A DNA stretch of 63,520 nucleotides, the filler included, from Lenisia limosa (lineage: Eukaryota; Protista; Breviatea): the NCBI GenBank assembly GCA_001655205.1. It is 14 parts of 14 records of this genome, joined end to end, with 100 filler letters (N's around TTAATTAATTAA, not from the genome) between each part and the next. Parts side by side here need not be neighbours in the genome. Positions count along the whole stretch, not along the records: positions 24,500 to 29,615 come from LPNZ01006540.1; positions 29,716 to 42,705 come from LPNZ01002706.1; 12 more parts are not named here. One strand, 5' to 3'. The position numbers and the translations under genes were made by a program. Below are positions 25,214 to 37,800 of this stretch, piece after piece. The notes under the pieces are model-generated. The model saw only the letters and a list, made by a program, of their open reading frames with translations, was not told the DNA's origin and searched no databases. Numbering within the stretch: the stretch's first letter is position 1; the number at the start of each line of letters is the position of its first letter.

Positions 25214-26795
25214 GNNNNNNNNNNNNNNNNNNNNNNNNNNNNNNNNNNNNNNNNNNNNNNNNNNNNNNNNNNNNNNNNNNNNNNNNNNNNNNNNNNNNNN
25301 NNNNNNNNNNNNNNNNNNNNNNNNNNNNNNNNNNNNNNNNNNNNNNNNNNNNNNNNNNNNNNNNNNNNNNNNNNNNNNNNNNNNNNNNNNNAAACCAAAA
25401 TACTTTGGTTAATGTAACCAGATTTTTTTTTTTTTTTTTTGCAACTACATGCACCAAAATAGATAATGTGTGATATCTCCCGTCAATTGATTCTGATTTT
25501 AGATCAACTTTCCTTAAAAAAAATTTATTATTTTTTGAATAAGTAAATATGTACCATGATACTATATCATATATAGATATACGTAAAAATAAATGTTGTG
25601 AATNNNNNNNNNNNNNNNNNNNNNNNNNNNNNNNNNNNNNNNNNNNNNNNNNNNNNNNNNNNNNNNNNNNNNNNNNNNNNNNNNNNNNNTTCACGATAGA
25701 GAAAAAATCTGGAGCAAAATTAGATGGGTGAGCTCGGCTCATTAATTTGGTATATATTTGGAATGCATTGAATAGTTGTGATTTAGTGTCTCAAGCACAA
25801 TTCTATCATGTCGCTTTGTGACTCCAGTAAAAATTAAGAAAACAATGATTCATGATTCAACTGAGTCAACTGTGTGTAATTGTGTCAGTCATCATATTGT
25901 CACCCCACATCGCAATCATACCTTGGGGGGAGAGAATACAGGGTGAGCCAAGGGGGGATCCGGGTTCCGCCATCTGAAGGCGATGATAAAGACCGTTTGT
26001 GAAATACAAGTGATTAACACAAAAATGTGTGGTGAGAAAGGTGGCAAACTGGCAAAATCACAAAACAAACGATATCACAACTTATGAAGAAATTAGACGC
26101 TAAATACAGAAAAAACAAACATTCACCAAAAGCAAATTCCAGAAAAGACTCTCCAAAGTAAAAAAAGAAGAGTTGTAGATATACAGAATCATTGAAAGGT
26201 TCAATCGTCTCAAAACAACAGGAGTTCAACTGTTGAAGAAGGAAAACTATTGAGATATACTATGGTACACCAAGACGAAACCTTATGAATGTGACGCATT
26301 GAACCCCAGAGAAGAACACTAACGTTCCAACACTCCAAAACAATAACCAACCGTCTCAACTCGAATCTTGAAAACTTCGGTTACATCTCGTCAAAAACAC
26401 TATTCCATGTTGCAATAACACAAGACCGATCTCCTTAAAAACGTTGGCATCAGGAGAGCACAAATTTGAAAAAGAAGATGTGTGATAACTTGGCGCCAAA
26501 AATAAAAACTGATTGGATAAAACGCGTAAATCTGTGTTAATTTGAAATTCGTGTCACATATATTTTCACAAAACTCTCAAATAAGGCCTAGCAGAAACAT
26601 GAGATTCAGAGATTTCTTGGCGCTTTAAAATGCTAAACTGGGGGTGCAAACCGGTAGTGTTAAAAGTTGGGGTTTTTTTGGTTTTTTTCTTCAGCAAGAA
26701 GACTAGAAACTGCTAGAAAGAACATTCACATACAGTGATAATTTGTCAAAGGAGAAGTAGAAAGTCAGTTTTTCAATTTAGTGAATTCGCAGACA

Positions 26796-28951
26796 ATGAA
26801 TTTCCTTGGCTTGTAAGCTAATTAACCCTTATATTGTTTCAATATTAAAGTCAAATTCTGGACTTACTTTTTCAGAAAAAAGAATGCTACTTTTAAGCCG
26901 AGGAAAAACCAAATTGACGGTGGTAAACAAGTAGATTTGACAGATTTCCATGATTCGACTCTGAGTTCAGGAACAGGTTGGCTTTCCAGTGGAACCTATT
27001 TTCATCTCACTGCCCTCCAGGATCCCTCCACAGTCTAGTTGCCCTTCCTGAAGGAGAAGACCTCAATGAATGGCTTGCTCTTCATGGTAAGTCTACTAGC
27101 TCTTCACTACTTCCTGATGCTATTATTAAAGTCTAATCACTTGCAAAACAGCTATTATGAAAATTTATTTATTTATTTTGGTTGCAAAGTATTGTCTTAA
27201 AAAGGATTCACCGTTGTAGCGTTCGATTTCTTCAACATGATCAATATGATGTTGGCAAGGGGGTGGCTCTAGATACCATATGTGAACTCGTTTTGTGATT
27301 GTTTGGAAAAGATTTACAGCCGAGTTAGGTGATATGATGATCTAGGTATGGTACCATCACAGAGTATTGTACCCCCGATTCCTGCCCTGTCATGTCTGGA
27401 GGTCCAGGGTAGGGACACGGACTGTATCCACATCTAGAACAACTAGGGTTTAGTTTTTCAGAAAGAAAAAGGCTTGGCTGAAATTTCTCAATACATTCTC
27501 TCATATATTTATGGTGTTTTATCCTTTTTTGGAAAGGAAATATTTTTTTCTCTTCTTCATATAAGTATAATCCTCAATTTTTTTGACAAAAGAAAAATGC
27601 TTGTTTTTGCTCTGAGACCTTGATTGTGAAGGGGAATCTTATTCTGTCGGTCAAGACTTGCCGAAAACTCACTGTATATTGATGCCATAGTTGTTTTATT
27701 GTTTAGATACGAGTACCACTGGGCAGATGGCGCGACCGTGAAGAAAGCCATAAGGGTGTCGGCCCCTGAATGTGGGGGGGGGGTATTCTAATAGCTTCAT
27801 TTCGGTTCCAAAATGAGTGCTAAAATCGTTTATTTGAATATTTTTCAACTTGTTTTATTTATGTCCCAGACCACGACTACCTCATGAATTGGGTTCAGAA
27901 CCTCATTGAGGACGACACTGTGTTCCCCACCAGAGTGAGCCTGTTTTATGACTGAATGCATCACAGGAATGTTTGTGAATTGGACCCATAGATCTCCATT
28001 AATTCATCACTGGAATGTTTGTATCTCCATTAATTCATCTTTTTATACTTGCTATTAATAATTGTGTATTCATTGCTTATGCTTCGATCCATCCCCTCCT
28101 ATATTACGTTGAAATGACACAAGAAAGCACATTAAATACATAATAAATACATACCCCTTGATTGACCCTCCAGCCGGGTCAGCCGTTCAGTAAAAACTTC
28201 CAATCAAGCGCAAAGAACATCTTCAGGCGGCTCTTCAGGGTTTTCTCCCACCTCTACCACTCGCACTTCCACCAAATCGGTATGAACATCCTAATCGTTT
28301 ACGTAAGATATATTACTTGATATTCGAGAAAAGCGGTCTATGATAAGGGTTTCAAATTTATCAAGCCTTTATCGAGAATTTATTGAAAATTCGCAGTCTT
28401 TTTTTAAAGTGGTTGTCAAGTGTGTGAACTCACTGTGTCACAAAGACTTTCGCTTTCACAATTGTTATTTTCTCTTTCTTATAATCCCCCGTGGAATTCT
28501 TGTGTCATTGATTCTTCAGTGCAACTTGGCCAGGAACCTCACCTCAACACCCTCTTCAAACACTTCATCAGCTTTGTACTCGAGTTTAACTTGGTGGATA
28601 AGAAGGAACTGGCTCCTCTCCAGGTTTGGCGGACATGCCTTGGATGTAGAAAAGAAAAATTGTCAGAAGTTGTCCACACAGATATGTATCATTTGAAATG
28701 ATATAATATATACATATCGATGTACTATAAGATCAATTGCCCCAATGTTACCCAAGATAAAAACACGCAGAGTTTTTTTTTTGCCACTGATAGCTGTTCA
28801 TTTATCTTGAAGGCGTGAACAACTTCAAGCAAGTATACTTTTATTAATTCATACGACCTCCTTTATTTGTATCACATACAATATATAACTGGCTCTTTTC
28901 TCTTTCACCCCGAAGGAGCTTATTCAGACCATTACGGATGAGCTTCAGTAG
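26796..28951 (+). CDS. mob1: MOB kinase activator (MOB1-like), complete, 9 exons
   Basis: Exons splice in frame: MNFLGL|KKNATFKPRKN...SSGT|GSLHSLVALPEGEDLNEWLALH|AFDFFNMINM|MYGTITEYCTPDSCPVMSGGP|GYEYHWADG...VSAPE|YHDYLMNWVQ...FPTR|PGQPFSKNF...RRLFRVFSHLYHSHF|...HLNTLFKHF...ELAPLQ|ELIQTITDELQ*. Confidence 0.95.
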
Positions 28952-29516
28952 ACATTGGGAAAGTGGCGGGTGGCTATTTAATTATTTGATGTATTGTTCT
29001 TTTTTTATGAGGGGGTTGCGTCAGTAGGTGGTGACTTTAGTTAACATCCTACCTAGAGTTGTAAGATATTTAGGTGAATTTGCAATGTAAGTATATACCT
29101 GATAAACGTGTATGGCCTCGTCCTTCTAACTTTTCAGTTCCCATTTCTACGTATTGCGTGTGCCAAGAAATCCTTTAACTATTTACATTACATAAAAAAA
29201 CAAAAATTTGAAAAAGAAGACACAAAAGGGCTATTACTCTCAGATAAAAAGCTCCTAATCCCCCGTCCGTTCTGGTGAGAGGGTACTGCAAATAGCCGTC
29301 AAAGCCTTTGGGGACTAAAACTGTAAGGGGCAAGGGAAATGGGCTTATTTATATCGGAGAACACTTGGGAAGAAAAGTATGAAACCCCCTTAGACAGAGT
29401 ATTGAATTTGACTCCCCCCCAACATTTTCACACTCAGGGGTCAGCGCTTCACCCACAATTGCCATTTTTCCTTGTTCTCTTTGGCTAAATAATGAAAGCT
29501 TCCGAAATGTTACTTG

Positions 29517-29615
29517 TAGGGCTTCACTTCGGTTCGAATAAAGACTGAATTTCTCGATAAATCCTCGAAAACTATCGATATTTTACCGGTCTTTTTCAAA
29601 CCGAAGTGAAGCCCT
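29517..29615. mobile_element. MITE family A copy at contig end
   Basis: TAGGGCTTCACTTCGGTTCGAATAAAGAC...GGTCTTTTTCAAACCGAAGTGAAGCCCT. Confidence 0.9.
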
Positions 29616-30507
29616 NNNNNNNNNNNNNNNNNNNNNNNNNNNNNNNNNNNNNNNNNNNNTTAATTAATTAANNNNNNNNNNNNNNNNNNNNNNNNNNNNN
29701 NNNNNNNNNNNNNNNCACAATTTGGTAATGTATGACGTTGTATTAGGTCTTTAGTACATGCTCCCCCAGGTAGAACCTCTATGTATTATTTGGTCTTCAA
29801 GATTTTTATTGTATTATTTCTTATTCAAGAAAGTCAAACAAAATGATTATACACTGCCAAATGAATGGTTTGAAATGATCAAACAATGATTTTGTCAATT
29901 CATCTCAAAGCAAAAATAACAATGAAACATAGTACTTCTACTTCAGATGATAATACACTCTGAAAGAAGTGCCAACATCATGAATCAAGAACAACGTAAC
30001 AAGACAACCTTGTTTGGCCCTTTCTCTTGGCTTTTTTATTTACCAAATGCAAATCCCCGTGCAAATAAATGGGAAATAAACAAAACAATAATCAAAACGG
30101 ACAGATTATCATCCTTTTTCTCTCGGTAAAGTTCTGTTCCGCATTTTGCCCCACAAACATAATGCCTCCAGCAAAGGCATAGGCGAATAGAAGAGCAAAT
30201 ACCACTAGCGGGCTCAATAAGCTCATTATTGGAACTATTCTGAAAAGTCAAAAGGTTAACTGAAGTTATTTAATGACTAAACATTCATATAATATTCGTA
30301 CTTACGTTCTTTTAACGTTCTTTTTTGCCTTTTAGCCTGATTTCATTTACTATTTATGTGATTGCTTTTGATGACTCTAACCCTTTTCTCCTAAGTTTTT
30401 ATCCCCCTGTTCCTCTCTTTGTATAGGTTGTTTGTTTTTAGATTTTTGTACTTGAAAAAAAAAGAAACTGAGAGAGCAAAAAAGGAAAACCCGGAGGAAC
30501 CTCTGAT

Positions 30508-33500
30508 ATGCTATTCCAGCTGATCCTTCTCGTCTCTGTCGCAGCCCTATGCTCGTCACAACTCATCACCGGAGAAGGAGGCTTAGCAGCCGACTTTGTT
30601 GACCCCACTGAGGCCAAACATGCCGTCAATCTGCAGACCATGCTTTCAGGTTGGTCTTTGATCATAATCACATGTGCTTGATGGTTTGTGCGTAATTGCA
30701 GTTGTACTTTGATATATTGCGTGTAAAGTGACCGGGATACGTCTTGACCGATTTTTTATGTGATTTCCCAAGGAAAAGAAGTCACTTATATGTGTGGCGC
30801 TAAGCCGCAAGAAATATGTTTCTTTTGTATTCAAATACAATTCCAAAAAAAGACTGATTTTTGATTAGAATTTGACGAAGATTTTGGTCAGTACGATAAT
30901 CACAACATTTGCAATTTTGGTTCCAAAACAACTACTTTTATAACAATAAATAAAAATCACGTAGTCTCTATTTGTAGTGAAAGGCTGAATTTTTCGATAA
31001 ATCCTCGACCGGTATTTTTCAAACCGAAGTGAAGCCCTAGTTAGTACCCTGCTTTAACCATTCAGTACACAGTACGTCAAGCCTCGCAGTGGCTGTACAT
31101 GAGAAGTCTAAGCAAACAATTACATTTGATGTGTCTGCCTTTTCAACGGAGAACAACCCTGTCTTGAGAGTTACTAAAGTGGGTGTTAGTTCTTGGTTGT
31201 TGTTATTGCGAATAGTTTCTCAAATCAAAAACTATTATTTGCCTTGAATGTTCGCTCGCTGTTCAATAAATAGCAATATATCAAATTTTCCATTAAAATA
31301 TACTCCAGGGGGTTACATACATCTATTTTATATGCATAGTGTCATATATTATACGGTGACTGGGATCTTGAACTATTTTCCTTGGGAAAGCTCACAGCAA
31401 ATCGGTCAAGACTATCCTGGTCACTGTATATCACGTCTTACTCCACCCAGGCTGCGGCAGGGTCCAGCGTCAGCCTTCCCATCCCACACGGTGCCGCCAC
31501 TTTTGCCTATCTTCTTCCGGGCACATCATCAGTACAGGTGGGGCCTGGGTAGCAGTGACTTGTGCTTCGAATTATACTGATACAATATCAATATTTTTCG
31601 AGGAGTTATCGAGAAATACACAATGAAGCCCGAGAAGTGACGTGTTGCAAGTTGAACTCACTTTTCGTTCCCAAAAAGACTTAATCCTCGATAAAACCGA
31701 TATTTTACCCGACGTATGGGACCGAAAGTGAAGCTCTAGTTGGAAGTACTTATGAGCTTTTCTGAATAATATAGCGTCTGTAATGAAGGTAATTCAGCTT
31801 CTTTTGGGTTTACATTCATTATGCCCCTTTTATTACTATTATTGAATTTTGATAATTTTATCTAGGGCTGTGTTACTGTTGGTGGAAACGAATACTGCGG
31901 ACCGTCTCTCACTGTCACAACACCTGAAATGTAGGCATCTTTTATCGATATATTACTCTATCTAAGGCTTCGCTTCGGCTCAAAAAAGACTCGATAGTTT
32001 TTGAGGATTTATCGAGAAATTCCGTCTTTTTTGAACCGAAGTGAAGCCCTTACTGTATCTTATGCACTGTATTTTGGGCGCACACCATTGGAAAACCTTT
32101 TCCCCTTTATTATGCTTTAACACCATGGGAAGCCTGTTTCCCCCTTTGCTTCGTTTTAACGCCACCAGCATGAGTGCCACCGGGTCGGATGTGGACCGCT
32201 GTTCGTGGAGCGATGCGGATCCCGTTGAAATCGGCTCGGAGTTCTCGTTGGAAGTTTGCATGGGGCTCATTCTTTGTTGTTTTACTGTGTCGAAGACTTT
32301 CCTCCCTGAGGTCCCAAAAAAACTGGTTTTGTCGATATTTCCCAAGAAATATCGGTATTTCCACTGGTATTTTTCGGACCGTGGGAGGCACTAGTGATAT
32401 GTTCATTTGACAGACTTCACGATGATGAGAAGAAATACTAACAAAAAATAAATCATCGATTAAAGGGAATATCATTGCGTCCGTATTCATTGTTTAGGGT
32501 TGGGTGAAGATCTTCACTACCTCGACCAAAGTCACAGAAATTGTCGCCCTGAATTCAGCTTTGAATATGTGGAATATTGTTTACCGAGTGAAGGTAAAAG
32601 GACAGTTTTGCGTTTGATGTTTCAAAGAGAGCAAAATTTTAATGGACTTTGCCTAAACACTCCAAATATTTTGATGAGAGCTTCACTTTCGGTTCCAAAA
32701 AGCTATGTGGAATATTGATCTTTTTTCGGGGATTTATCAACTAATCAGTTTTTGATGAACCAAAAGTGAAGCTCTAAACTACCACTCATCAAACTATAAT
32801 ATTTAGAAATCCCATAAATTTCTTTCATGGGGGAATTTTCAACTTTATAAGAATCCTAATCCAATGCGCCTGGCATAGTCGTACCTCCATACGAACTATA
32901 TATGATATATATTTTGCCTCCGTGGCTATTGTGCAGTGCTGATGCTTTAGAATATTGTCGGTGAGTTGAACCTTGAACTCTACTTGACGCAACTTCATAC
33001 TGAGCACTATTTCCCTGTCACAATCGGTAAGCAAATCTCTTATAAGCGTGATGCTGTGGACGGGTTCGGACAGATACAACTTTATTTTTTATTTCTCATT
33101 GCTATACCGTGACCGAGATAAGTCTTGGCCTATTTTCCTTGGGAATCACAGGGCAAATCGGTCAAGACTTATCCAGGTCACTGTATATCATATATCGATA
33201 TATGTATTATGCCTATCTCATCATTATACTATACATATCTGAGGGAAGAGAGAGTTAGCACTCACAAGCTGGTAAATTCTTTACCGTATAGAAATGGACA
33301 CATGGACCCATTTGGTAGTCACTTTCAAAAAAGGAGACTCAACGGTTTGTTTGTGGGTTATTAGTATGATGCACATGAGCTGATGAAGAGGGGTACTTAA
33401 TTATGAAGAGATGAGAAGAAATTCAGACTTTTTTTTTNNNNNNNNNNNNNNNNNNNNNNNNNNNNNNNNNNNNNNNNNNNNNNNNNNNNNNNNNNNNNNN

Positions 33501-34692
33501 NNNNNNNNNNNNNNNNNNNNNNNNNNNNNNNNNNNNNNNNNNNNNNNNNNNNNNNNNNNNNNNNNNNNNNNNNNNNNNNNNNNNNNNNNNNNNNNNNNNN
33601 NNNNNNNNNNNNNNNNNNNNNNNNNNNNNNNNNNNNNNNNNNNNNNNNNNNNNNNNNNNNNNNNNNNNNNNNNNNNNNNNNNNNNNNNNNCGGATAATAG
33701 GATAATTGGGTCCGACCGAGTAGAATCGGGGAATTATGTTAACATTATAGAATGTTTTTACCGGCTGTTTTGCTGAGGCCCCTTATCCAAGTCATGCTTA
33801 TTATCCCGACCCGAATTATGGTATCTTCAATCAGTCCAAGCTGGGATTTGTGAGTGGGTGTGAGAAGACTGTGTTTTATGCAGGATTATTATACTATAAT
33901 CCAATATATCTACAACTTCGGCCAGATGCAACATTATTTTTTTATTATTTCTCATCGCAATATGATACACCTGAACACTACGGCGCAGTGACCTGGGTTA
34001 TTACGAACACTACGGCGCAGTGACCTGGGTTATTACGGCGCAGTGACCTGGTTATTACGAACACTACGGCGCAGGGACCTGGGTAAAAAGGGTTCCCATT
34101 TTTTTACATGGGAATCCCATGGAATTTTATGGAAATCTGAAGACATTAATGGTATTCGCCAACATGAGTATCACAGTTTCGAACCGAATCGTTGCAGTCT
34201 ATGAAATAAAAGGACGTTTTATCTACAGTGCGAAATACCTGTAAAATATCGATAATTTTCGGGTTTATCTCTATTTTATTATTTTTGAACCGAATTGAAG
34301 CTCTCATCAAAACAGACGCGAATCCATAGTAAGGCCTTGTCCGCTGAAGAGGTGTCCAAACTAGGCCAAGACCCTGACGTCATGGTTTGGGGGGGAGGGG
34401 TAAGTGGTGTCACTTGGGCTCCGTGAAATTAATTTTTTGAGGTTAATTGACAAAATTTGAAATTTTCACTATTGGTTGGTACGAGATTATGATCACATAC
34501 AATATAATCTACTATATTTTAAGCGGTCTGAACGATGAACTATTAGGGCCTCCCACTGTCCCAAAGTGCCACTGCAACTTTGATTAATACATGTAGCTTC
34601 CAACCCTTACTGAGTTGTGGGTTGGCTCTCCGAACTCCGGAGTGCTTCGAGGCAACTCAACCGATAACATTACGTACGAGCCAATTGCGTAA
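30508..34692 (+). CDS. Putative secreted or surface protein, multi-exon, unassigned
   Basis: Signal-like start MLFQLILLVSVAALCSS. Exons: ...AVNLQTMLS|ENNPVLRVTK|AAAGSSVSLPIPHG...SSVQ|GCVTVGGNEYCGPSLTVTTPE|IMSATGSDVDRCSWSDAD...|GWVKIFTTS...|...APYPSHAYYPDPNYG...|...NSTDNITYEPIA*. Some joins are unverified. Confidence 0.55.
31354..31426. mobile_element. MITE family B copy (intronic)
   Basis: TA|CGGTGACTGGGA...TATCCTGGTCACTG|TA. Confidence 0.8.
31963..32051. mobile_element. MITE family A copy (intronic)
   Basis: TAAGGCTTCGCTTCGGCTCAAAAAAGAC...GTCTTTTTTGAACCGAAGTGAAGCCCT. More decayed copies near 30980, 31620-31740, 32310 and 32676-32776. Confidence 0.85.
33030..33106 (+). repeat. Family C repeat, 3' half, abutting a family B copy
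   Basis: TCTCTTATAAGCGTGATGCTGTGGACGGGTTCGGACAGATACAACTTTATTTTTTATTTCTCATTGCTATA. Confidence 0.8.
33107..33183. mobile_element. MITE family B copy
   Basis: TA|CCGTGACCGAGATAAGTCTTGG...TCAAGACTTATCCAGGTCACTG|TA. Confidence 0.85.
33973..34084. repeat. 32-bp minisatellite, about 3.5 copies, no spacers
   Basis: Unit GAACACTACGGCGCAGTGACCTGGGTTATTAC, head to tail, third copy truncated. Confidence 0.9.
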
Positions 34693-34887
34693 ACTGTTAT
34701 CTCAGCTCCCTAATAGCGTCGTTTTTATCATTATTGCTATATTATGTAACTTGAGTATTATTGTGAGTAGAATGTAGAGATGATGATAAGAATGGGTATC
34801 TGGGCTGAATCCGTCCACACTATCACGATTAAGAGATATTTGACAAAGACCAATAATTCACATCAATGTACACATTGGACACAGAAT

Positions 34888-37800
34888 CTAGTTTAAGGTG
34901 GCGTCGAGTTCGCTCTGTTTCTTTCGTTCCCTTCAAAATGAGAAAAACAACGAAACGAAAAGGCTTAGGGAAGGGAGGGGCATCAAACAGTAATATCATC
35001 AAAACGGTCTCCTGTGAACAGTTGATTGAGCTTTTGTTACATAAATTTTCCAATTACCTCCCCCCCCCCCCCNNNNNNNNNNNNNNNNNNNNNNNNNNNN
35101 NNNNNNNNNNNNNNNNNNNNNNNNNNNNNNNNNNNNNNNNNNNNNNNNNNNNNNNNNNNNNNNNGTCCCTGTCCGCAAAAGACGGTTTAAATATCGATAT
35201 TTCTCGAGAATTTCTCGAGAAATTCGTTCTTTTTTGGGATCATGGAAGCCCACCCTACCATTCGTTTCAACGTACTGAGGGGGGTACACCAGGTTGTACA
35301 CCATCTTAAGCATGAGAGATCTACATACAGCCAAAAGCATGCTTAACTAAATGAGTGCATTTTTTTAAAGTATTACACATATACACAGTATACATGTAAA
35401 ATATTACGGGACAAGTTCCCATAGCGGTCGTAACATATCATATCATTTTACATCATACTACTATAGGTCCCCCAACCTGGCTACACGCAAGCCCCAAGAG
35501 AGCTCCGGCCATGACATCATCAAAACGATGGCGGTAGTTCTGAGATGTAAGATTCTTCAGGCGCTATCCGGTCCAAGACCCTCCCTTGTCTTCAAGAGAC
35601 CCCAAAACTACATTAACAGAACCCAAAACTACATACATTTTCAATCAGACCCCAATCTAGAATACCCCCCCCCCCCNNNNNNNNNNNNNNNNNNNNNNNN
35701 NNNNNNNNNNNNNNNNNNNNNNNNNNNNNNNNNNNNNNNNNNNNNNNNNNNNNNNNNNNNNNNNNNNNNNNNNNATTCTAAAATAGTCATCTTCAAAAAT
35801 TGTTCATTGAGATAACATTTTTGAATGAAGGATCATGTTGGAATGAAATCTCATGTTTGATTCAGAACTGGTTCATTGAAAAATCATTTAAGATTGAAAG
35901 ATAATGTTTAAGGAGGTGCTGTCAATTATTTGAGTTCATTGAAAAGTATACAATTGATTCCGACAACAATGTTCAATAATAGGTTGTATGCCAGAAATGA
36001 AAGTGAAACTCAGAAATAATAGTTGTCTTGTTAGTAGGTGGGAATCTGAAATACATAGCAATGAGAAATAAAAAAAAGTTGCATCTGGCCGAAGCCGTCC
36101 ACACAATCACACGTATAAGGGATATTTGATTATAGTATAATTGAAAGAATCATTTTAGAAACTATACAATAAAGAAGATTGGAAGAAGGTGGTATTCGTA
36201 AAGATCATAGAAGCTTTTTAAGGTAGAGGGGGGCTGGGGGGGTTTAGCAAAAAATACCTTGCAATGAAGAACTGAAGAGTCATGGTCCAACGATGGCGAC
36301 CAGTCCCGTCAATAAAGTGCGTTTTGAAGTACCTCAGAAGGTAGAGCGTCAAGAAGTAGAGACCTAGGGTCTGTGAGTCGGGATTCACTTCGGTAACAAA
36401 AAAGACTGAAGTCTCAAAAAATCCTCGATGAATTTTAGTATTTTTCTGGTACTTTGGGGACTGGTGTAAAGCCCTACGCTACGGAGCATGGGATCCTTGT
36501 GAAAACGTGGGAATTCCCATATATTACATAGGATTCCATGGAAGTTTATGGAAATTTGAAGTAATTTTTGGGATTCCCAAATAATACAAGGGAACACCGA
36601 GTCAATGCGTCGTAGGGCTTCACTTCGGTTCGAAAAGACTTCTCGATAAGTCTTCGAAAACTATCGATATTTTACCGGTCTTTTTTGAACCGAAGTGAAG
36701 CCCTAGGATTACAAGAGCTTCTCAGAGACTCATTTTTTTGCGCTATTTGCCCTCATGCAGATAAATTGTTGCAATTAATAACTTAAGTAATCAAAAGCAA
36801 AAGGTAATTGTAGCATATCATATGAGATATAGTCATAAATATGGAATCTTGTAATACACCTTTGTATACACCAACACACCAGAAAAAGAGATTGACGCAT
36901 GGCCGGAGGGGAAGGAACGCCTGAAAGGATTACAACAAATCAGTCACTATTAGCGCTTCCCTTGGGTTCAAAAAACTGAACAGGTGACTGAAGAATCAAT
37001 TTTATTTTGAAATAAAGTCTCTGCTAAAGGGTCATAAAGACTCATCAGTTGAACTGAACATAATCAATCTCTATAATATCAGAAATGAGAACTAAATTTA
37101 AGGTTGTCCGAAGCCGTCCACACCATTACCTTAGAAGAGACATTGTATTATAGGAAAATATAGTTTTTTTTAAGGATTTATAGCGAAATTAAGTCTTATT
37201 TTGAACCAAAAAGAAGAAAAATTCCCTACCCACAGATAATAGTAGTCTTCTTTGGTGCATTCTTGCTTCACAAAATCGTACTCACATCCTGCGTAAAAGG
37301 CCGGGCGCGGACGTCCTGAGTCGTTTTATTCGGAACAAATAATAATTAAAAAAAAAATCAACGAAGAAAAACACTTTGTTAAGGCTGAAATGAAGCCCGA
37401 ATCTATATACATTACACTATACTACTATATCATATGATATACTAGTAAATATCATATAAAATCATGTAATATTATAGCTATTCGATATGATAGCTTATCT
37501 ATATTTTTCTGTAGATGTATAATACTATGTAATATACTACTATTTGTTTCTACAGAGTTTGTGTATTCTTGATTTTTTATAAAAAAAACTGAATTACCGC
37601 AAACAATTGTTTTACGCAATATTCACCACAAACCAAATTGCTGCTTCAACACTCCGGTGAGAAGCGAAGTGGCCGCTACCGCAAGCATGATACCAGTTAT
37701 ACTCCTCTTCAACTCTTCAGTGTCTTTGGTATGGAAAAAAATCAACACTGTTAGGTGAGAAGTGCTATTCCGCGACTCAAAAGATAGAGAGGAGAAATAA

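Noticed and set aside
24790-25742. Long ORF-track entries spanning N runs (202 and 261 aa, and similar ones elsewhere)
   Set aside because: Their length comes from N codons; only the flanking exon-sized parts are supportable.
26000-26500. LINE or other retroelement ORF remnant
   Set aside because: A-rich coding-like text with many stops, but no RT or endonuclease motif could be recognised.
6525-28951. Functional cluster of AGC kinase, Rac and MOB1
   Set aside because: The genes lie on different contigs separated by artificial spacers, and the kinase looks MAST/IRE-like rather than NDR/LATS.
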